The notes under the pieces were generated by a model, which was given only the letters and a program-made list of their open reading frames with translations, ran no database searches and was not told the DNA's origin. The translations under genes were made by a program, and so were the position numbers. From a candidate division WOR-3 bacterium (GTDB lineage Bacteria; Hydrothermota; Tepidihabitantia; Tepidihabitantales; CAIPLT01): a stretch of 21,557 nt of DNA. Within the stretch, counting starts at the first letter, position 1. Each line of letters opens with the position of its first letter. Positions 1-7,881 of this stretch are shown one piece after another. The DNA is taken from assembly GCA_965649215.1 (NCBI GenBank), contig CBFGJZ010000010.1, forward strand, positions 7,600 to 29,156, given 5' to 3'.

Positions 1-321
1 TTTATCTGCAATTTCTATGTCTTCAATTGCACGATCATCAAGATATTTTTCGTGCCTACGTCTTTTTCTAAAATAGTCAATAGTCCGATTGTGGGCAATA
101 GTGTAAAGCCAAGTCGAAAAATTTTTAGTACAGTCAAACGATTTGAGTGACTTAAAACACTTTATAAAAGTATCCAATGTGATCTCTTCTGCATCATGAT
201 AATTTCTTACCATCCGTAAAACATAACTAAAAATTCTTGGTTTATAACAATTGAGTAGTATCAAATAAGCACGCTCATCGCCTCCGCTCGCCCGTGCTAT
301 AATATCAATCTCGTCTATCAA
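1..321 (-). CDS. ECF-subfamily RNA polymerase sigma-70 factor (5' part; runs off the window start)
   Basis: Not in the ORF track. Manual translation from TTG at 321: MIDEIDIIARASGGDERAYLILLNCYKPRIFSYVLRMVRNYHDAEEITLDTFIKCFKSLKSFDCTKNFSTWLYTIAHNRTIDYFRKRRR. It has the ECF region-2 signatures DAEE..LDTF and FSTWLY.IA.N..IDY.RK. An in-frame TGA at 337-339 bounds the start. Confidence 0.93.
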   Translation of the reverse strand, partial: MIDEIDIIARASGGDERAYLILLNCYKPRIFSYVLRMVRNYHDAEEITLDTFIKCFKSLKSFDCTKNFSTWLYTIAHNRTIDYFRKRRRHEKYLDDRAIEDIEIADK

Positions 322-397
322 TTTTCTTATTTGTTTTCAGACCAAGAGTTAAAATATTATTTATTTTTTTTACTTCGTTCTTGTCTGTATTTGTTCT

Positions 398-811
398 TTA
401 TTGCTGGATTCCTTTAGCCAAAGCGTTCTCTACTGCTTTCATAAATGCTTTGGATGTTGTTGTTGCTCCGCTGACGGCATCGACTTGGAGCGTCTGTTTT
501 TCTACGATTCGCGCCAAAATTCCTTCCGCCATTTTTGCGTATTTACTCTTGCGATTTTTAATTACTTTAATGCTTTCAATCTTGTGGTCTTTAACCGTTA
601 CCTCTACTTCATAAGTAAACTTGCCATAAGTAAAATCACCTCGATAACTCCCATCCGCGACATCATTTAAATTAATTGTTGCGATCTCCATTTGTTGAAT
701 CTGACTAATTTCGTTAAGCATTGGCTTCACCATTGCAAAATAAAAAATTACAACCCCAACAATAAACACTACCATAACAACCACTACCGCACTTAAAATT
801 TTCTTAATCAT
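398..811 (-). CDS. Membrane-anchored FMN-binding domain protein (FMN_bind, covalent flavinylation motif)
   Basis: N-terminal hydrophobic helix, then DG.Y.G...VEVTVKDHKIESIKV...VDAVSGATTTS with the [S/T]GA[S/T] ApbE flavinylation motif. SD-like AAGGGG upstream. Confidence 0.9.
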   Translation of the reverse strand: MIKKILSAVVVVMVVFIVGVVIFYFAMVKPMLNEISQIQQMEIATINLNDVADGSYRGDFTYGKFTYEVEVTVKDHKIESIKVIKNRKSKYAKMAEGILARIVEKQTLQVDAVSGATTTSKAFMKAVENALAKGIQQ

Positions 812-860
812 ATTTACCCCTTTTTATTTTTATTAACAAAACAAATTTCATAGTACTCTT

Positions 861-888
861 ATAATAACCACAAAACTAAGCTTGTCAA
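861..888 (-). promoter_or_regulatory. Putative sigma-70 promoter for the FMN-binding protein gene (and possibly the ECF sigma gene)
   Basis: TTGACA (888-883), 16 nt spacer, TATTAT (866-861). Confidence 0.65.
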
Positions 889-928
889 TCATCCTATTAA
901 CAGAACTTAAAATCTTAACAGTAAACAC

Positions 929-1033
929 AAAATGTCCACTGTTAAATACATTGTTTTTACCCGCTTTTTTACATTAAGCCACTGATAATCAATAACAAAT
1001 ATTAATAAATAAAAACAAGGGGGTATAATCCCC
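929..1033 (+). repeat. Dispersed intergenic repeat, copy 1 (core AAACAAGGGGGTATAATCCCC)
   Basis: Aligns with the reverse complement of 12900-13005: 56/80 identical with no gaps, then a 1-nt indel and a 21-nt core matching at 20/21. Confidence 0.85.
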
Positions 1034-1300
1034 TGCTTTATGCTGTAGAGTCTTTTGAACTTGGCTTGTGATTTTGTTTTGAACTATTTTTATAAGTAAA
1101 ATTTTGCTTATTATTTAAGAGTGTCGATTTCGATTTAATCAGGCGCATTTTGAAAATAATAATTACTGGAAAGATATTAATTTTATTTGTAAGTAAGAGT
1201 TAATTATACCGCTCAAATCAGATAAGAATTTTTGATTGGTATCACGACTGACATTTGAAAATAAATAGTGAGACTTAACAGGTAAAGTTAGGGAAATATT

Positions 1301-1735
1301 TTAAACTATATTTTTCATACCTTTAATTCTAATTTTACGTTGGCTCTCGCTAACCGCTTCAATTTGAATTTTAATAATATCTGAGGGCAATTCATTTTCA
1401 GCTTTTTCTGCCCATTCAATCAAGCAAACACCATTGCCATACAAATAATCATAAAAGCCGATACTTAATATTTCTTCTAAGCTCTTAACCCGATATAAAT
1501 CAATATGATAAATCGGATACAGACCTTGATATTCATTAACCATAATAAATGAAGGACTTTTAACAATATCTTGCTCTTTCACTCCCAAACCCAGGCAAAC
1601 CCCTTTGATCATTGTTGTCTTGCCGCTACCCAATTCGCCATAAAATCCAACAACATTGTTGGGTTTTAATTGGCTGCCGATTTTTTTGCCAAGTTCAATT
1701 GTCTCTGTAGGAGAATTAGTAAAATATTCCATCAT
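1301..1735 (-). CDS. tsaE: tRNA threonylcarbamoyladenosine biosynthesis ATPase TsaE
   Basis: Walker A GELGSGKT, VKSPSF...NEY, YHIDLYR and LIEWAE motifs; 144 aa. Confidence 0.97.
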   Translation of the reverse strand: MMEYFTNSPTETIELGKKIGSQLKPNNVVGFYGELGSGKTTMIKGVCLGLGVKEQDIVKSPSFIMVNEYQGLYPIYHIDLYRVKSLEEILSIGFYDYLYGNGVCLIEWAEKAENELPSDIIKIQIEAVSESQRKIRIKGMKNIV

Positions 1736-1750
1736 TCAAGAGTAAATTAA

Positions 1751-1828
1751 GAGCATTGAGTAGCGAGAAAAATTTACTTTTTATCCTTTATGATAGAGAG
1801 TTTATTCAATTCTCGCCACTCTTTGCTC
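1751..1828 (-). repeat. Intercistronic inverted repeat (19-nt arms, 40-nt loop) between thiolase and tsaE
   Basis: GAGCATTGAGTAGCGAGAA (1751-1769) vs TTCTCGCCACTCTTTGCTC (1810-1828): 16/19 Watson-Crick pairs plus one G-U on the minus (mRNA) strand. Confidence 0.8.
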
Positions 1829-1840
1829 GATGCGATATTT

Positions 1841-3034
1841 TTACATCATCTCTACGGCCATTGCCACTGCTTCACCACCACCTAAGCAGATTGCAGCAAG
1901 ACCATTTTTAAAGCCACGGTCTTTTAAGGCATGTAGCAATGTAACCACAATTCTTGCGCCTGACGCACCAATCGGATGACCTAATGCAACTGCGCCACCA
2001 TGAACATTAAGTTTTTTAGTGTCGATGCCAAGTTCTTTAACATCAGCCAGAACTTGGGAGCTGAATGCTTCGTTCAATTCGATTAAATCAAAATAGTCAA
2101 TATCGACATTTAATTGTTTAAGAATTTTCTGAACCGCTTTAACGGGTGCATAGAAGAGCATTTTTGGTTCTACACTACCTGTTGCGTAAGCAGTAATTTT
2201 TGCAATTGGCTTTATTCCTTTTTCATCGGCTGCAGTTTTTGACATCACGACCAATGCCGCCGCACCATCATTAATACTAGAAGCATTACCAGCGGTAATC
2301 GTACCGTTCTCTTTCTTAAATACTGGTTTTAACTTTGCCAATGCTTCGAGGGTTGTGTCTAATCGTGGCCCTTCATCTTTATCAATCACAATCGGCTCGC
2401 CTTTACGTTGGGGAATTACAACAGGTACAATTTCGGCTTGAAACTTACCGTTCTTCATTGCTTCAACTGCTTTACGATGACTTCCCGCAGCCCATTCATC
2501 TTGCATCTCGCGGGTAATACCTGAATTTTCAGCCGTAAATTCACCTAACACGCCCATATGGACATCATTAAACACACACCAAATCCCATCATAGATCATT
2601 CCGTCTACCAGCTTAACATCGCCCATTTTATTGCCATTGCGTAATTGATAGAGATAATATGGAACGTTGGACATTGATTCCTGCCCACCTGCGACCATAA
2701 TTTCAGCATCGCCGGCCTTTATCTGCTGTGCTGCTAAGACTATTGAGATCATGCCAGAACCGCAAACTTTATTAACCGTTAAAGCAGGAATTTCTGGTGA
2801 TAACCCTGCTTTTATTGCTGCTTGACGAGCAGGTGCTTGACCTAAACCAGCGGGACAAACATTTCCCATAATCACACCATCTACATCATTTCCGTCAATA
2901 CCAGCTCTTTTCACTGCTTCTTTAATCGCAATACCACCTAAATCAGATGCTTTTAGAGACGACAAACCGCCTAAAAATCGACCGACCGGTGTTCTTGCTC
3001 CAGATACGATATAGATTTCATTATGATTTGACAT
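1841..3034 (-). CDS. Acetyl-CoA C-acetyltransferase (thiolase)
   Basis: NKVCGSG (catalytic Cys), [12 protein letters not shown] and CLGGG motifs; SD AAAGGAG 6 nt before ATG. Confidence 0.97.
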   Translation of the reverse strand: MSNHNEIYIVSGARTPVGRFLGGLSSLKASDLGGIAIKEAVKRAGIDGNDVDGVIMGNVCPAGLGQAPARQAAIKAGLSPEIPALTVNKVCGSGMISIVLAAQQIKAGDAEIMVAGGQESMSNVPYYLYQLRNGNKMGDVKLVDGMIYDGIWCVFNDVHMGVLGEFTAENSGITREMQDEWAAGSHRKAVEAMKNGKFQAEIVPVVIPQRKGEPIVIDKDEGPRLDTTLEALAKLKPVFKKENGTITAGNASSINDGAAALVVMSKTAADEKGIKPIAKITAYATGSVEPKMLFYAPVKAVQKILKQLNVDIDYFDLIELNEAFSSQVLADVKELGIDTKKLNVHGGAVALGHPIGASGARIVVTLLHALKDRGFKNGLAAICLGGGEAVAMAVEMM

Positions 3035-3055
3035 TATCTACTCCTTTCTTTTATG

Positions 3056-3832
3056 TTATTTCATCCAACTTGCTTTTCTTTTTTCTAAAAATGCATTCAT
3101 ACCTTCTTTGGGTTCGCCTGTGGCAAAACACAAAGCAAAAGTCTCAATCTCTAATTCTTTAGCACTTTCCAAATTACAATCTAATCCACGATTAATTACT
3201 GTTTTAGTCATTCGAATTGCAATCGGTCCTTTATTCATAATTTTTTTTGCCATCTCTTTTGCACTATCCATTAACTTATCGGCTGGTACTACTTTATTAG
3301 CCAACCCAATTCGTAAGGCTTCTTGAGCATCAATCATATCACCCGTGTAGATTAACTCTTTAGCAATACCCGCCCCGCATAAACGTGCCAATCTCTGAGT
3401 ACCACCAAAACCCGGAATAATTCCTAAATTAACTTCGGGTTGACCAATTTTAGCATTTTCTGAAAGAATCCGAATATCACAAGCCAAAGCAATCTCGCAG
3501 CCGCCACCCAAAGCAAAGCCATTGATGGCCGCAATCACGGGTTTATCAATGTTTTCCAATTTACTTAATACTCGATGTCCATTTTGAGCAAAGACTCTTG
3601 CTTGTAAACTTGAATATTTGCTCATTTCAGAAATATCTGCCCCGGCGACAAAAGCTTTACCTTCACCAGTTAGGATGATCACTCGCACATTATCGTTGTG
3701 AGCTAATTCATCTAAAATATTTTCTAATTCTAAAATCGTTTCTGTATTTAATGCATTAAGCACTTGCGGTCGGTTAAATTTAATGATTGCTATATTGTCT
3801 TCAATAGTTAAAATTAGATTCTTATAATTCAT
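3056..3832 (-). CDS. crt: Enoyl-CoA hydratase / crotonase (3-hydroxybutyryl-CoA dehydratase-like)
   Basis: AFVAGADI, GFALGGGCE and GQPEVNLGIIPGFGGTQRL, with both catalytic Glu present; adjacent to thiolase. Confidence 0.93.
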   Translation of the reverse strand: MNYKNLILTIEDNIAIIKFNRPQVLNALNTETILELENILDELAHNDNVRVIILTGEGKAFVAGADISEMSKYSSLQARVFAQNGHRVLSKLENIDKPVIAAINGFALGGGCEIALACDIRILSENAKIGQPEVNLGIIPGFGGTQRLARLCGAGIAKELIYTGDMIDAQEALRIGLANKVVPADKLMDSAKEMAKKIMNKGPIAIRMTKTVINRGLDCNLESAKELEIETFALCFATGEPKEGMNAFLEKRKASWMK

Positions 3833-3865
3833 TAAGCCCCCTTTTAATATAAAATCTCATACATG

Positions 3866-3893
3866 ATTATAAAGAATAATCACTACTCGTCAA
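3866..3893 (-). promoter_or_regulatory. Putative sigma-70 promoter for crt-thiolase-tsaE
   Basis: TTGACG (3893-3888), 16 nt spacer, TATAAT (3871-3866). Confidence 0.8.
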
Positions 3894-3922
3894 GGTTTCT
3901 TAGCTGTTTGTAGGCACAAATC

Positions 3923-3951
3923 TTGACTTTTAGACATCAATAACCTATGCT
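3923..3951 (+). promoter_or_regulatory. Putative sigma-70 promoter for folE2 (leaderless geometry)
   Basis: TTGACT (3923-3928), 17 nt spacer, TATGCT (3946-3951), 6 nt, ATG (3958); no SD. Confidence 0.75.
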
Positions 3952-3957
3952 ATATTT

Positions 3958-4725
3958 ATGCGTGACATTCAAAACGAACCCGATTATCGTAATATCAATA
4001 TTGATAAAGTCGGTGTAAAAAATCTTTCGTATCCGATTCTTTTATCCGATAAAGCTCATAAAAAACAACATACAATTGCCAAGATTAATATGTATGTCAA
4101 TTTACCCCACAACTTTCGGGGTACTCATATGAGCCGTTTTGTGGAAATATTAAGTCGTTTTCATCGGGAAATTGCGGTTCATAATATCGGCAACATTCTA
4201 AAAACAATGAAACAAGAACTTAATGCCGAATCGGCTCATATTGAAATGGAGTTTCCTTATTTTATCGAGAAAAAAGCACCCATTTCGCAAGCAGTCGGTC
4301 TGATGGATTATCACTGCCGTTTTGTTGGTAATCTAACTGATAAAGTAAAAATTATACTTGGAGTAACTGTCCCTATTACCACAGTTTGCCCATGTTCAAA
4401 AGAAATGTCTGAGAAAGGTGCTCACAATCAACGTGGCGAAATTCGTGTTGATATTCGCTTTAAAGGATTTTTCTGGATTGAAGATTTAATTGAATTAGTT
4501 GAAAACTGCGCTTCTAGTCCAGTCTATTCTCTCTTAAAACGTGAAGACGAAAAATATGTCACAGAGCAAGCATATCAAAATCCAACTTTTGTTGAAGATG
4601 TTGTCCGTAATGTTGCTCTAAAACTACAAACCCATCCTGATATCATTTGGTATAAAATCGAAGCTGAAAGTTTTGAATCAATTCACAATCATGATGCCTA
4701 TGCATCATTGGAAAAAAAGTCCTAA
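3958..4725 (+). CDS. folE2: GTP cyclohydrolase FolE2 (type IB)
   Basis: RGTHMSRF, TTVCPCSKE, GAHNQR, FVEDVVR and ESIHNHDA motifs. Confidence 0.97.
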   Translation: MRDIQNEPDYRNINIDKVGVKNLSYPILLSDKAHKKQHTIAKINMYVNLPHNFRGTHMSRFVEILSRFHREIAVHNIGNILKTMKQELNAESAHIEMEFPYFIEKKAPISQAVGLMDYHCRFVGNLTDKVKIILGVTVPITTVCPCSKEMSEKGAHNQRGEIRVDIRFKGFFWIEDLIELVENCASSPVYSLLKREDEKYVTEQAYQNPTFVEDVVRNVALKLQTHPDIIWYKIEAESFESIHNHDAYASLEKKS

Positions 4726-4738
4726 AATTATAAAATTT

Positions 4739-5140
4739 ATGAACTATAGATTAGCCATTTTAATTCTTTTATTATTAATTACAATCATCAGTTGCACCAC
4801 TCCACAAACAAAATCCATCCCTCAAAAGCCACCCTTTGATACAGAAACTGCGATCGGACTTTTTGCCCAAGGACAATACTTTCTTAAACAAAAAAATTAC
4901 GAAGACGCACTAGATGCTTTTCGTACTTTAGTCGATGATTTTGAAGACGACGCTTTGGCAGATGATGCTCAGTTTTTAATTGCCGAAATTCTTTCTAATC
5001 CCCGCTATGAAGACTATGATTTAGAAGAAGCCTTAACTGAATATGAAAACTTAATTGAAAACTATCCTCACAGCCCATACCTTCAAAAAGCCAAACAAAA
5101 AATAAAACAGATTGAAAAAAAGCTTGAATCGGAAGAATAA
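4739..5140 (+). CDS. TPR-repeat lipoprotein (BamD/YfiO-like tetratricopeptide domain)
   Basis: Start moved from 4673 (overlaps folE2) to ATG 4739, giving MNYRLAILILLLLITIISC, a signal peptide with lipobox Cys. TPR-like helices follow (LFAQGQYFLKQKNYEDALDAFRTLVDDF; EALTEYENLIENYPHSPY). Confidence 0.75.
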   Translation: MNYRLAILILLLLITIISCTTPQTKSIPQKPPFDTETAIGLFAQGQYFLKQKNYEDALDAFRTLVDDFEDDALADDAQFLIAEILSNPRYEDYDLEEALTEYENLIENYPHSPYLQKAKQKIKQIEKKLESEE

Positions 5141-5742
5141 TGAAAACACTAATTGTTAATAGTTATCGTGTTGATGCCGACAAAAAAATCCTTCCGTATG
5201 TTGAAATTGTTGACAAATATAGCGATTTTCATATCGTTAACGATGTTGAGCTATACAGTTATTTTGACACACTCGAATATGATGCCATGATCTTATCTGG
5301 TTCTCCTGACTTAATCTCGCGGGGTGCTTATTCTAAGTCCTATGTTGAATTTCTCCGTTATAATACGATTCCCTGTTTAGCAATTTGCTATGGACATCAG
5401 ATTTTAGCAAAATCTTTTGGTGTTAATATCTATTCGCTACCTGCAAGAGTCGAACGAAATGAAATTGTTAGAATCCTTAAACACGACCCCCTTTTTAAAA
5501 CCTTGCCCGAAGAAATATCAGTAGTTGAAAGTCATCTCGAAGCCGTTGATGCCAATGGTTTATCCCAAGCAGGTTTTGAATTGTTGGCGACTTCTGATTC
5601 CTGCCCTGTTGAAGCTATAAAACATATTGAAAAATGTCTTTATGGTGTCCAGTTTCACCCTGAACGGTCAGGTATTGTTGGCCAAACTATCTTTAAGAAT
5701 TTTTTTGAAATTGTCGCTTCTAAAAAGGGAATCACCTTTTAG
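5140..5742 (+). CDS. Stand-alone class I glutamine amidotransferase (GMP synthase glutaminase-subunit-like)
   Basis: ILSGSP, AICYGHQ (nucleophile Cys) and GVQFHPE (His-Glu of the triad); TAATG stop/start overlap with the upstream gene. Confidence 0.88.
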   Translation: MKTLIVNSYRVDADKKILPYVEIVDKYSDFHIVNDVELYSYFDTLEYDAMILSGSPDLISRGAYSKSYVEFLRYNTIPCLAICYGHQILAKSFGVNIYSLPARVERNEIVRILKHDPLFKTLPEEISVVESHLEAVDANGLSQAGFELLATSDSCPVEAIKHIEKCLYGVQFHPERSGIVGQTIFKNFFEIVASKKGITF

Positions 5743-5788
5743 CACAAATATTACAGATTTTATGTTACTACAGTCTATAAGATAACTC

Positions 5789-6619
5789 TTATCTTATTCT
5801 ATTAAACAAATATAATAAGATATAATAATACATAGGAATTGTAAACAACAAACTATCGATACGATCTAAAAACCCACCGTGCTCACCCAACGCTCGAGAG
5901 CTATCTTTTAGATTCGCATCTCGTTTGAAACCCGATTCGACTAAATCTCCAATTTGGGCTGCAATTGAAAGTACCAAACCAATAATTATAGAAAACAAAG
6001 GAAGCATTTGTGGAAAAAGTAATTTGAAATACAAATAAGAAAAACCAACACTCACAATTACACTTCCTACAAAACCCTCAATTGTTTTATGGGGACTTAA
6101 TTTCTCAGCAAGTTTATGTCGACCCATAATACTACCAATTAAATAGGCGGCGGTGTCATTCACCCAAGTAAATCCCAACGGAAAAAAAACAGTAAAAAAT
6201 CCGGCTATTTTAGATAAATTGTTTAATTGCTGCTGAGTATAAACCCAAACTTTTAAATACAAAAGATGGCTTGGTAAAAATCCTAAATAAAAGAGAGTAA
6301 AAAAACCTACTGGAACAATTAAATAATATTTTTCTCTTCTTATCAAGGTATATACAAATAAAACAGATGGTATTATTAGATAGTAGATAAAATCAATTTT
6401 AAGATAAAAAAACAGCGGGAACAGAAGACTTAACATAATCATTAAGAGTCGGTTTAGATAAATTTCTTTTAGTCGAAAGATGCGTAAGAATTCATTGGTG
6501 GCTAACATTATCCATATTAAACTAATTATTAAAACTGCCATTGGATGAACATATAGGACAATTGCTGTGATAATTCCTAAAATTGAGCCTACAATTGTCC
6601 GTTTTGCCAATCTATTCAA
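5789..6619 (-). CDS. cdsA: Phosphatidate cytidylyltransferase
   Basis: Polytopic membrane protein with DTAAY..G...GRHKL...SPHKTIEG, GDLVES.FKR....KDS and HGGFLDRIDS. Likely start is TTG 6619 (SD-like GGCGGGA, overlapping the uppS end), not 6736. Confidence 0.93.
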   Translation of the reverse strand: MNRLAKRTIVGSILGIITAIVLYVHPMAVLIISLIWIMLATNEFLRIFRLKEIYLNRLLMIMLSLLFPLFFYLKIDFIYYLIIPSVLFVYTLIRREKYYLIVPVGFFTLFYLGFLPSHLLYLKVWVYTQQQLNNLSKIAGFFTVFFPLGFTWVNDTAAYLIGSIMGRHKLAEKLSPHKTIEGFVGSVIVSVGFSYLYFKLLFPQMLPLFSIIIGLVLSIAAQIGDLVESGFKRDANLKDSSRALGEHGGFLDRIDSLLFTIPMYYYILLYLFNRIR

Positions 6620-7334
6620 TTTCAATCCCGCCAAATTTCCTTTTGCGTCGGCTATAATCTTCAATCGCTTTAAGTAATTCTTTTTTATTAAAGTCGGGCC
6701 AAAGTACATCAGTAAAATAAAACTCAGTGTACGCAATTTGCCATAACAAAAAATTAGAAACTCGCTTTTCGCCTGCGGTTCTGATTAATAAATCAGGGTC
6801 GGGTAAATCGCTTGCATATAAATATTGCTGAAAAGACTGAGTTGTAAAATTGCTTAAATCAGCTTGGGCAAAGAAAATTTTTTTAATGGCATCGATAATT
6901 TCATTTCTGCCGCCATAACTCAATGCCAAAGTTAAAACTAAACCTGTATTATTCTTGGTTTGGTTACAAAGATACTCGAGATTTTTTCGGACCGCCTCGG
7001 GTAGTCGCCAAGTCTGTCCAATTGAACGGACTTGTACATTATTTTTATTCAACTCAGCTTCTTCTTTGAGCAATAACTCTTCTAATAATTTCATTAATTT
7101 ATCTATTTCTGTCTGAGGTCGTGTCCAGTTTTCTTGGGAAAAAACATACAAAGTTAGATATTTAATGCCAAATTCCGCACAAGCACGAACTGTATTGCGC
7201 ACCGCATCGACCCCCTTTTTATGACCATAAAACCTTGGCAAACCACGCTTGCGCGCCCATCGGCCATTGCCGTCCATAATTATTGCAATATGGGTTGGTA
7301 TTTTCTCGGGCAGTTTTAGTGTTTTATTTTTCAA
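6612..7334 (-). CDS. uppS: Undecaprenyl diphosphate synthase (cis-isoprenyl transferase)
   Basis: HIAIIMDGNGRWA, FSQENW.RP, LSYGGR.EI and DPDLLIRT.GE.R.SNFLLWQ. Likely start is TTG 7334, overlapping the frr end. Confidence 0.96.
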   Translation of the reverse strand: MKNKTLKLPEKIPTHIAIIMDGNGRWARKRGLPRFYGHKKGVDAVRNTVRACAEFGIKYLTLYVFSQENWTRPQTEIDKLMKLLEELLLKEEAELNKNNVQVRSIGQTWRLPEAVRKNLEYLCNQTKNNTGLVLTLALSYGGRNEIIDAIKKIFFAQADLSNFTTQSFQQYLYASDLPDPDLLIRTAGEKRVSNFLLWQIAYTEFYFTDVLWPDFNKKELLKAIEDYSRRKRKFGGIEIE

Positions 7335-7881
7335 GTATCTCTTTCTCTTTTTTGGTGAAATAATTATCAATTACTTTAATGTACTCATCAGTTAATTCTT
7401 GAATCTTCTTATTACCTTTCTGGGCTTCGTCTTCACTGATCTTTTTGTCTTTTTCTAACTTCTTAATCTGTTCATTTCCTTCACGACGGATATTACGAAT
7501 AGCAATTTTAGTATCTTCAGCTAATTTGTGGCATAGTCGCACTAATTCTTTTCTGCGCTCTTCGGTTAGCGGCGGAATTGGGATACGGATTAAATTAGCT
7601 TCAACAATCGGATTAAGACCTAATTCAGCTTTTAAAATTGCTTTTTCTATCTCAGACATCGCATTGCGATCCCAAGGTTGTACTACCAGCATTCTCGGCT
7701 CGGGTGCTGAAATGGACGCAACCTGTTTTAATGGTACATTCGACCCATAATAATTAACTTTAACTTCATCTAAAATAGCCGGATTGGCGCGGGCAGTTCT
7801 GATTTTTGAAAATTCTTGCGCTAAAAGATCCGTTGTTTTTTGCATTTTTTCTTTAATTGTTTTATAAACATTGTCTAACAT
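7324..7881 (-). CDS. frr: Ribosome recycling factor
   Basis: IRTARANP..LD, IPPLTEERRKELV and AIRNIRR; 185 aa; canonical position after pyrH. Confidence 0.98.
   Translation of the reverse strand: MLDNVYKTIKEKMQKTTDLLAQEFSKIRTARANPAILDEVKVNYYGSNVPLKQVASISAPEPRMLVVQPWDRNAMSEIEKAILKAELGLNPIVEANLIRIPIPPLTEERRKELVRLCHKLAEDTKIAIRNIRREGNEQIKKLEKDKKISEDEAQKGNKKIQELTDEYIKVIDNYFTKKEKEILEK

Noticed and set aside
322-397. Possible ECF autoregulatory promoter (GTCTGA on the minus strand upstream of the sigma gene)
   Set aside because: No AAC-containing -35 element at a suitable distance.
381-670. ORFs 381-614 and 401-670 (+)
   Set aside because: Antisense shadows of the FMN-binding gene, with no motifs or SD.
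1001-1029. TATAAT in the repeat core as a sigma-70 promoter
   Set aside because: No convincing -35 in either copy (TTAATA / TCAATA), unlike the near-consensus -35 boxes of the other promoters, and no same-strand gene downstream.
2335-3326. ORFs 2335-2517, 2947-3162 and 3108-3326 (+)
   Set aside because: Antisense to thiolase and crt, with no recognisable features.
3889-3927. GTCAAG...CTTGAC inverted repeat as a transcription factor site
   Set aside because: Explained by the back-to-back -35 boxes of the divergent crt and folE2 promoters.
4673-4738. Longer N-terminus of the TPR lipoprotein
   Set aside because: Overlaps folE2; ATG 4739 gives a canonical lipoprotein signal peptide.
6620-6736. 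Long N-terminal extension of cdsA (and 7335-7370 of uppS)
   Set aside because: Longest-ORF artefacts; TTG starts overlapping the upstream gene end fit the usual family lengths.
7445-7750. ORF 7445-7750 (+)
   Set aside because: Antisense shadow of frr.
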